DNA of 64,000 nt, from assembly GCA_977017645.1 (NCBI GenBank), contig OZ360231.1, forward strand, positions 372,001 through 436,000, written 5' to 3'. Position numbers and translations under genes: made by a program. Of this stretch, positions 39,619 to 49,874 are shown piece by piece. Numbering within the stretch: position 1 is the first letter of the stretch; the number at the start of each line of letters is the position of its first letter. This stretch comes from Torpedo marmorata (lineage: Eukaryota). The notes beneath the pieces are model-generated. The model made no database searches and was not told the DNA's origin. It worked only from the letters and a program-made list of their open reading frames with translations.

Positions 39619-40593
39619 TGTCCTTCAAGCATACACAACACTAGCCAAATCAACAGTCCCCAATGGACCAGCGGCAGCAAATCCAATCTGTGTTCTAACT
39701 TGCCAAAGATACACAGGAGTCCACAGACTTATGCCTACCACTTCAGATGACTAATGTGCTGCTATTCACAAACGAGTTTCAACCACAACATCCGTCAATA
39801 TTATCGCTGATTTTCCAGAAATGGTTTATCCAACGTATTTATAGTACACTTTACTATAAGATTTGAAGCTTTAAATCCCTCTCTGGCTGTTACTCATGGC
39901 AGATGGATGTGGATTACAAACTGCCCCCAACTCGAGGCATCTCCAAGATGGCCACCATTTTATTTTAAATATCAGTCCAAAGCACAGAGAGATTATTCTA
40001 TCTTCTTTCCTTCAATTTTCTGTTCCAAACAACCTCTTTCAATTGACTAATTATATAGTGACTTCAATCCAACAAATAGTCACTTGGAGGCAAGTGAGAC
40101 ACTTGTTCTTGACACGTTTCAATTAATTTACTAATAAGTCCAATATGTTCAAAAAACTTTATTTACACACGTGACTTGCAGTAATCTTCAATGACTTAAA
40201 TATCTTCTTTAAACAAAATATAAACAATTCTTGATAACGATGCTTAATAAATTCCTTTAAACGATTCCTTTAAACGTCCTTAAACATTCAATGAAACGAC
40301 TTTAAATGACTTTAAACGATCAATGGAAGATATGGCGATCTCACTCACCCTCCTCTAAGCCGCCATCTTTTTCTATATTTTCTTTCCCGATTCGCACATG
40401 CTCCCTGCGCATATTCCACCGCGCATACTGCCGTCAATTCCCAACTGCGCGTGCGCCTGTCGGCACTCTAGCGCATGCGCAGAGTACTAAATAGGCCCAG
40501 CACGGCCCACCAACCTCCACGTCTCCTCCGAAACCCGCCGAGACCATCGGAACGCCGCGTTTAAGGTAAGTAACTAAACCTACCGCTCTTACA
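39619..40593 (-). promoter_or_regulatory. BEL 5' LTR with a CpG-rich promoter-like segment
   Basis: TG...CA termini; GCCGCCATCTT (YY1 consensus) at 40359-40369; GCGCATGCGC (NRF1 palindrome) at 40471-40480. Confidence 0.65.
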
Positions 40594-40975
40594 ATCATAA
40601 TACTATTAGTTTTAGGTTGATAATGGAGAAGAATAGGGCTGGGCCTAAGGTTGAGATTCTTGATTGGAATAAGGCAAATTTCGAGGAGATGAGAAAGGAT
40701 TTAGAGGGTGTGGATTGGGATAATTTATTTTCAGGGAAGGATGTAACAGATAAATGGAGGATATTCAAAAGGGAAATTTTGAGAGTACAGAGTCGGTTCG
40801 TCCCTGTGAGGATTAAAGGAAGAGTTAGAAAATATAGGGAGCCTTGGTTTTCAAAGGATATTGGGAATTTGGTTCGGAGGAAGAGGGATGTGTACAACAG
40901 GTAAAAACAGCAGGGAATAGATGAGGTCCTTGAGGAATATAAGGTGTAAAAAAAATCATAAGAAAGAAATTAGAA

Positions 40976-43900
40976 CATCGTTGACTTCCCTCATCGAAAA
41001 CGACAAATCTAAAAGTTCTTTACTTTGAGTACCGTATTTGACGGCATATAAGACCCCCATTTTTTTTAAACCAAAAAAATCGCCTCAAAAACCACGCGAA
41101 GGTGACATTTTGGTGCCGCCATTTTGGGCACCGAGTGGAGTCCAGGAAGCGGGACCGCTGCTTTGTGGACCACATTCCCTTGGGTGGCCTGTGCTTTCCG
41201 GACACACCGCCGCTCACTTCCCCGGTAAGAAGGCTCGCTCTCTCCCTCCCACCCGCTAGCTCGCTCTCGCCTGCTCCCTCCCCGCCCGCTCGTACTCCCC
41301 ACCCTCCTGCTCTCGCCCGCTCTCTCCTCGTACGCTCGCACTCGCCCGCTCTCACCCGCTCTCTCCCCGCCCGCACGCTCTCTCTCCCCGCCCACTCGCA
41401 CTCACCCCACCAACAGTGCTTTGAGGGGAATGCTGGGCCTCGATGACCAGCCTTTGTTCGACAAACACGAACCATCGAGCAAATTGAATGAGGCGCGGGG
41501 GCGGGTGGCAGTGAGCGAGCAGCCTGTCAAGCTCAACTCAAAAGGCCGCCCGCTCGCTCACTGCCACCCGCGCCTCAATCTGTTCGAGGGGCCGTGCACG
41601 TCGAACAAAGGCTCAGCGTGGAGCCTGATCACCGACGCCCAGCGCTCCCCTCAAAGCAAGCGATCAATCGTATGCTCCCCACAACGGTGGGCCTGGGCCC
41701 TGCCCGTTGTCCTGGCTTCACTCCCTCCCACCCTCGCGCGCCCGCAGGTCCCGTCACACCTGTCAATCAATTAGCGTTTGGACAGTGGGGGGGGAAGCAG
41801 CCTGAGCCTCAGCGTGCGGCGGGCAGGAGGACGTGTTGCTGCTGTGAAGGTAAATACACTAAAACTTCTGATCTCGTTTTTTGCAAATCCTTCTCCAAAA
41901 ATCCAATCTCCCTCTTCAAATTATCCACTTCCCGAACATATTCCTTCTTAACTTTTGCTGAATAACTTATTATTTGGCCTCTTAAATAAGCCTTTAAAGC
42001 TTCCCAACTAATAAATTTATTATCAATTGAATTAGAATTAATCTGTAAAAATTCTTGAATTTCTCTTCTAATATAATTACAAAAATCCATTCTTTTTAAT
42101 AAAGAGGAGTTAAATCTCCACCTATATATAGTTTTTCCTTTTTCTGGAATTATACATGACATTAATAGAGGCGAGTGATCAGAAATTAGTCTTGCTTTAT
42201 ATTGTGCTTGAGTCACCCTATCTTCTACTTGTGAGGACAATAAAAACATATCTATTCTAGAATAGGAGTCATGCCTAAGAGAATAGAAAGAATAATATTT
42301 TTCTCTTGGATTCAACTTTCTCCAAATATCTATTAAATTTAAATCTTTCACCAAAATAAGAATTCTTTTAGCAATTTTAGTTCTAATAATTGATTTCGAT
42401 GTTTTATCCATTATTGGATCTAAACAACAATGAAAGTCCCCACCAATTAAAATATTATCATTAGCTTCTGACAAGTGCATAAAAGAATCTTGAATAAATT
42501 GTTAATCTTCCATATTTGGTACATATATATTCATAAGTGTCCACATTTCTGAATATATCTGACAATGTTTTGAAACATATCTACCTGCCACATCTATAAC
42601 CACAGATTGTATTTTAAAAGGTAACTTTTTATTAACTAATATAGCAACTTTAGAATTAAACGAAGATGCAACCACTTGCCCAACCCATTCTCTTTTCAAC
42701 TTCTGATGTTCTAAATCTGTCAAACGTGTCTCTTGTAAAAAAGCTATGTCTACATTTAACTTTTTAATATATGCTAAAGTTTTCTTCCTTTTAATTGGAT
42801 TATTTAGCCCATTTATATTAATACTTACTACATTTATTGATTTACTATCCGCCATTTCTAGTTTTTAATATCTCTCTCTCCAACAGATCCACCAGCACCC
42901 TCTTCCACATTTGTAATCTATTTGACATCTCCTTAGAAAAAGAAAGAAAAAAGGTAAAAACGAAACAAAAAACTAATAACCCCACTACTTTCAATACAGG
43001 CTTGGCTACCCCAGTATTACCACCCTCCATTGCTAAGGTGATGTGTGACTAGGTAGGAGAAAACTAAAAGTACACCCCCACCCCAAACAGAATTTACACA
43101 ACATTTATTATCATATCTTCATCTAACTTCTTCGAGCTCTTTATTAGTTTGGTCGTCATCGATCTCGATCCCAACCTCATCCTCTTTTTCTAAAGTACTT
43201 GGCAAAGAAACTTGAGACGGTGAAATATCTTGAACTTGATGTTGTTCCATCAAATCTTGATCTTTCTCCAAATTCGGAAGGGAATTTGCATGTTGTAAAG
43301 CTTGTTGATAATCAGCAAAGAAACAAAATTGATTCCCTGTAGATTGAACCTTCAAAACCGCAGGGTATCTAAATGAAAACTTATATCCCTTACTCCAAAA
43401 AAATCGCTTTTGCTGGATTAAATTCCTTTCGTTTTTTAACTATTGCTGAACTTAAATCAGGGTAAAAGAAAACCTTATTATTCTGAATCATCAATGGACC
43501 TTTTTGCAGCCTAGCATTTTGAACAGCTAGTTTCAATACTTTCTCTTTATCCTGGTATCGAAGACATTTAACTAAAACTGAACGTGGCCTTTGTCCAGGA
43601 TAAGGTTTCCCTCTACCAACTCTATGTGCTCTCTCTAACTCCAGTCCATAGTTAAAATTCTCAATACCCAAAACTTTTGGAATCCATTCTTGAAAGAAAT
43701 CAATCGTATCATACCCTTCAAAATTTTCAGGTAGTCCCACAATTTTAATATTATTCCTCCGACTCTGGTTTTCCAATACATCCAGTTTTTGTGAAAGTTC
43801 ATCTCTTTGCTGCTCCCAACCTGTAAATGAATCTTCTACTTTATCAACTATCTTTATAATCCATCATTTCTTCATAATGCTCTTTAACATCCTTTTCAAT

Positions 43901-46768
43901 TTCTTGAACTTTCACTTTTACTATATTCACAGTATTTGTGTTTTCTCATATCTTGCTTGATAGTTTTTATTTCTTCTTCAATTCCATTAAGTCTATGTTC
44001 CAAACGATGATCCATCTTTGACACCTGCTTTGTTAAGTTATCAATAGCCTTAAGTATTTGTTGTTGAGCTACAGATATAGCTAGATTAATTCGTTTAATA
44101 AATGTGGCACAAAAAAAAGAGGAAATGTAATCTTAAATACTTTATCTAAAATTTTTTTAACTTTCAACCAAAAATCAAACTTTTGGACAAAACCATGTAG
44201 AATGTACAAAAGAACCTTCCTCTTTATTACATCTAAAACATAAACCTGATAATGTCGGATTAAATTCATTTAGTTTTTTAGGTGTTAAATATAATTGATG
44301 AAAAAAATTGTATTGTACTAATCTATATCTAACATTAATAATCTTCGTCATACTTAATTTACATAATTCTTTCCAATGATTTTCATCTATTCTTACATTC
44401 AAATCTAATTCCCATTTTAATCTTGATTTATGAATTCCTACCTTAGGCACTTTCCTCTGAAACAATTTATACATTTGAGAAATAAATTTATTGACATCTC
44501 CTTTAGTAACTAATAATTCTAATTCATTCTGTCTTGGTAAAATCAAAGCATAACCTAATTTCTCAATCAGAAAAGCTCTAATTTGATAATAAGCAAAAAG
44601 TGTAATATCTAGTATATTAAATTTATCTTTCATTCTTTGAAAAGTAATAAATTTTCCAGCTTCAAAACAATCATTAATTCCTTTTTGAAACCAAATTTTA
44701 AATAATTGATTATTAATAGTAAATGGAATAAGTCCATTTTGATATAAAGGCATCCTTGAAGAAATCAATCCTTTTCCTCCTATTTCCTTATCCGTCTTAT
44801 TCCATATTTCTAACAAATGTTTAAGAATTGGAGAATTTTTCTTTCTTGTTGATATTAATTTAGAATCCCATTTATAAATAACTTAATTGAATGTTTTATT
44901 GAAAGAATACGGGGAAATATCTGGTTATAAGATTAATTCTGATAAAAGTGAAATTATGGCATTGACACAAGGGGATTATAGTAAATGTAAAGAAAATTAC
45001 ACAATTTAAATGGTCAAAGGAAAGAATATTTGGGAATAAAGATTGATACAAAATTAGCCAATTTATATAAATTATTTACCATTATTTATGAAAATTAAAA
45101 AAGATTTAGAAAGTTGGAAGGATTTACCGATAACTTTAATAGGAAGGGTAAATTGTATTAAAATTAATGTGTTTCCAAGAATTCAATATCTTTTTCAATT
45201 AATTCATTATGAAATTCCTCCGAAATTCTTTAAAGATTTAAATTTAATTATTAGGAAGTTTTTGTGGAAAGGAAAGTTGGCTAGAGTAGGTATGGAGAAA
45301 TTAACTTGGAATTATGAAATGGGTGGTTTACAACTTCCTAATTTTTCAAAATCATTATAAAGCAGCTCAATTAAAATTTGTTAATGAAATGTTTGATTTA
45401 GGAAAATCTTCTGCTTGGATTAGAATAGAATTAAATAATATAGGAGAAGATTTGAAAGAAAAAGTTATTTATAAATGGAATTCTAAATTATTATTAATAA
45501 GAGGGAAAAATTCTCCTATTTTTAAACATTTGTTAGAAATATGGAATAGAGTGGATAGGGAGATAGGAGGGAAAGGGTTAATTTCTCGAAAAATGCCTTT
45601 ATATCAAAATAAACTTATTCCATTTACTGTTGATAATCAATTATTTAAAATTTGGTTCCAAAAGGGAATTAAGAAAATAAATGATTGTTTTGAAGCTAGT
45701 AAATTTATTACTTTTCAAAGCATGAAAGAAAAGTTTAATGTATTAAACAATACACTTTTTGCTTATTATCAAATCAGAGCATTTTTAGTTGAAAGGTTGG
45801 GTTATAGTTTGACTTAACCAAGACAAAGTGAATTGGAATTATTAGTTACTAATGGAGGTGTAAATAAATTTATTTCTCAATGTATAGATTGTTACAGAGA
45901 AAAATGCCTAAATTAGAACTCACAAATCAAGATTAAATTGGGAATCAGATTTGAATGTAACAATAGACGATGAACATTGGAAAAAATTATGTAAACTAAG
46001 TATGACGAAGATTATTAACGTTAGATATAGACTAGTGCAATATAATTTTTTTCATCAATTATATTTAACACCTAAAAAAATTAAAGAAATTTAATCCGAC
46101 ATTATCTGGTTTATGTTTTAGATGTAATAGAGAGGAAGGTTCTTTTGTACATTCTACATGGTTCTGCCCAAAGATATATGATTTTTGGTTGAAAGTTAAA
46201 TTTTTTTTAGGAAGGTTCTTTATATATAGTTTTAATCCATTACCCTATAATATTTTTGTTTGGAGATATTAAAAAGAATTAGTATTAAGATGAATTTAAA
46301 TATGTATCAAATAGAATTTATATGAATTGCTTTAGCTGTTTCTAAGAAATGCATTGCTATTACTTGGAAATCTGATGTAGATTTAGGGTTAGAAAGATGG
46401 CATGCAGAACTTCGTTCAGCTATACCACTTGAAAAAATTACCGGTACTTATAATTTATGTAATAAATATCATTTCTTTTTGAAAATATGGAGCCCATATA
46501 TAAAAACTGTTGGTTTAAGGATTTGAAGATCTCTGGATATCAGATCTGACTGGCGAACCTATCTTCCACAATAAAATCAGTTTATAGTTGTTCTTTTTTA
46601 GATTGACATCTTCCCTACTCTATCTTTTATTTTCTTTTTCTTTTCGGGAGGGTTAGGGAGGGGAGGGTGAAAATGTATCACATGTATTTTGATAATTTTG
46701 CATTTTATATTATGTATTCTGTGATTTTAAAATTTTAAATAAAAATTTTTTTTTTTATTTTTTTTTTA
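40976..46768. mobile_element. Composite, 5'-inverted L1 insertion; 16-bp TSD
   Basis: TSD AAGAAAGAAATTAGAA at 40960-40975 and 46769-46784. Contents: minus ORF1-ORF2 5' part (40976-~44075), short sense patch (44075-44124), minus ORF2 3' segment (44121-44885), sense ORF2 3' part + UTR (44885-46768). Confidence 0.9.
41032..41855. mobile_element. Non-autonomous Tc2/pogo-type element, one TIR only (right end lost together with adjacent L1 DNA)
   Basis: TA|CCGTATTTGACGGCATATAAGAC start. Shares CGCGAAGGTGACATTTTGGTG..CCATTTTGGGCACCGA with the element at 62900. GC-rich interior. Confidence 0.75.
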
Positions 46769-48102
46769 AAGAAAGAAATTAGAAAGACCAAAAGGAGATA
46801 TGAGGCTGCTTTGGCAGGCAAGGTAAAAATAAATCCAAAGGGTTTCTACAGGTACATTAAAAGTAAAAGAATAGTGAGGGATAAAATTGGGCCCATTGAG
46901 GATCAGACGGGTAGGCTATGTGAGAAGTCAGAGGAGATGGGGGAAATTTTAAATGAATTTTTTTCTTCAGTATTTACAAAGGAAAGGAATATTGAGCCAG
47001 GTGAAGTAAGGAAATCTGGTAGTGAGGTCATGGATAATATAAAGATTATTGAGGAGGTAGTATTGGCTATTTTAAAGAGTATAAAGGTGGATAAATCTCC
47101 AGGTCCTGACAGGATATTCCCGAGGACCCTGAGGGAGGTTAGTGTACAAATAGTGGGGGCACTGACAGAAATATTTAAAATGTCACTGGCCACGGGGGAG
47201 GTGCCGGAGGATTGGAGGGTAGCTCATGTTGTCCCACTGTTTAAAAAAGGCTCCAAAAGTAAACCTGGAAATTATAGGCCTGTGAGTCTAACATCGGTAG
47301 TGGGTAAATTAATGGAGAGTGTTCTTAGAGATGGTGTATACAGTTATTTGGAAAGACAAGCCTTGATTAGGAGTAGTCAACACGGTTTTGTACGTGGTAG
47401 ATCATGTTTAACAAATCTCAGTTTTTCGATGAGGTTACTAAGAAGGTTGACGAGGGGAAGGCTGTGGATGTTGTCTATATGGACTTTAGTAAGGCATTTG
47501 ACAAGGTTCCGCATAAGAGGCTAGTTAGGAAGGTTCAAGCATTAGGTATTAAGGTCGAAGTAGTAAAATGGATTCAACAATGGTTGGATAAGAGATGCCA
47601 GAGAGTAAGTGGCGGAAAATTGTTTGTCAAATTGGAGGCCGGTGACTAGTGGAGTGCCTCAGGGATCGGTACTGGGTCCATTATTGTTTGTCATATATAT
47701 TAATGATCTAGATGATAGGGTGGTAAATTGGATTAATAAGTATGCAGATGATACGAAGATTGGTGGTGTGGTGGACAGTGAAGAGGATTATCAAAGCTTG
47801 CAGGGGGATATAGGACAGTTAGAAGAGTGGGCTGAAACATGGCAGATGGAGTTTAATACTGATAAATGTGAGGTGCTACATTTTGGTAGGACTAATCAGC
47901 AAAGGTCATACATGTTAAATGGAAGACAATTGAGGAGTGCAGTAGAACAGCGGGATTTAAGAATTCTGGTGGGGGGCGTGGCGTGATGGCGTAGGTTGGA
48001 GTCGTGAAATACACTCCTCCCACAGAATTAATCAAAAACCGTAATTTAAAACTTCATCTGACTATTTAAAAGTAGTTAAAACTCTTTCTTAAAGAATAAA
48101 GA

Positions 48103-49589
48103 ATGACTACAAGAAAAGGTAAAGATCAGAAGACAAAGAAAGTAGTGTTAAAAGGAAGTCCAACTCTAGTAGAAGATAGGCCTACCTTAGCGATGGAACC
48201 TCGGGATGAAGTTCCTCTCCCTCCTCGGAAGATGCAGACTCGACTGGGTAAGCCTGTAGTGACGCCAGCGCCGTCCTCCCGGGGAGCTGGGGAAGATGGC
48301 GCTGGTGCCCGAAAGAAAACGGGACTACAGAAAGAAACCGACGCAACGCGCGTGCGCGAAATGACGCGCTCGATTGAAAAACAACGGGAGCTGCCAGCTG
48401 AAGCTGACAGCCAAAAAAAATCGCCTCGTTCGATTCAATACATCGTTGGAGAGGAGGGATCATCATCATCCTCAACGGATTCAGAAGATAAAGGAAGGAA
48501 GAAGAAACTGTATGTAGAATCTGAAGGAGAATTAGAAGACATGGAGGGAGAGGAAAGAAATATAATTGGAGGAGAAGAAGCCTATCTGTTTCAAGGTTAA
48601 CAAGAAATTTCAACTACTTTTATGCAAGCATTGAATTATTTAACAGATCAAGTGTCTACAATGAATCAACGTATAGAAAATGGATTTAAAGCTATGGATA
48701 CTTATTTTACACAATTTAGGGAAGAAATAAAAGATATTAAACATAATATGAAAAATAATTCAACTACTGTGGATAAAGTTGTATTGAAAGTTCAGAAAGT
48801 TGAAAATGATGTTAAAGAATGTCGTGATGAGGTGGTGGATTGTAAAGATACAGTGGATAAAATGGAAAATTCATTTACAGCCTGGGAATTACAAAAAAAT
48901 CAACTTTTACAAAAAATAGACACATTGGAGAATCAAAGTCGTAGAAACAATGTTAAAATTGTGGGACTTCCAGAAGATTATGAAGGGACGAATCCAACTG
49001 ATTTTTTTCAAGAATGGATTCCAGCTACTCTGGGTATTCAAAATTTTCCTTATGGTCTGGAACTGGATAGAGCTCATAGAGATAATAGAAGGAAACCATA
49101 TTCTGGTCAAGCGCCACGCTCAGTGTTAATTAGATGTCTTCGTTACCAGGATAAAGAGAAAATATTAAGATTGGCAGTTCAAAATGCGAGAGAGAGAAAA
49201 GCTCCTTTGATGATTAATAAAAACAGTATTTTTTAATGCAGATTTGAGCGCAGTAATAATTAAAAAACGCAGAGTTTAATCCAGCCAAAGCAATTTTTTG
49301 GAAGAAGGGGTATAAATTTTCTTTTAGATACCCTGCGATATTGAAAGTTCAGTCTCCAGACAATCAATCAAAGTTTTTCGCGGATTATCAAGAAGCTTTG
49401 GAATTTGCTAATACGTTGCCAAATAAAAAACAAGATCAAGATTTGCCTGGCTACCCTCAAGTCAGTATACCTATTCAAGACTTGTTGCACTTGACGGAGA
49501 ATCTTCAAGTACCTCCACGAAAAGACGAATTGGTTGAATTGACCGATGAGCAAGTTAATAGAGATTTGGAAGAAGCTGGACTTGGATGA
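48103..49589 (+). pseudogene. L1 ORF1 (coiled coil, RRM, CTD), disrupted
   Basis: LENQSRRNNVKIVGLPE, ELDRAHR and PRSVLIRCLRYQDKE motifs; split into 3+ frames. Confidence 0.9.
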
Positions 49590-49874
49590 AGAATTGACAT
49601 TAATCTGTTATGTAAATTCTGTTGGGAGGGGTGGACTTTTTGTCTTCTCCGTACCTAACCACATACCACTTTAGTGGCGAGGGCCACTTCCCAAACAGAA
49701 GAGGGGGGTAATACTGGTGTAAATTACCAGTAATTTTATATTGGGTTTTTCTTTTTAGTTTTTTATTATCTTTTTTTCTTTCTTTATCTTTGTTTAAGGA
49801 GATGTCAAGTTTATTACAAATGTGGAAAGGGGTACCGGCTGGCCTGATGAGGAGAAAATTATTAAATATTAGTA

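Larger units (their letters stand above)
31030..40593 (-). mobile_element. BEL/Pao LTR retrotransposon, 5' LTR + gag + protease, 3'-truncated, interrupted by an L1 and a SINE-like element
   Basis: 5' LTR TGTAAG...GAAGGACA (40593-39619) followed by GTAAAA. Gag motifs TFDGDPLQY and LYYLEMFTKG, BEL-type Cys/His knuckles (CLFCKGGHALEMC, CNICNLKHPRMLH), protease FLDPGST, and GPYAVRTKLG. No RT or integrase is present. Confidence 0.85.

Noticed and set aside
41501-41571. Resemblance of GCTCGCTCACTG / CAGTGAGCGAGC to the AAV ITR Rep-binding element
   Set aside because: Only about 12 nt match, the arm order is reversed, there is no T-shaped ITR and no rep/cap sequence; the context is a GC-rich simple repeat.
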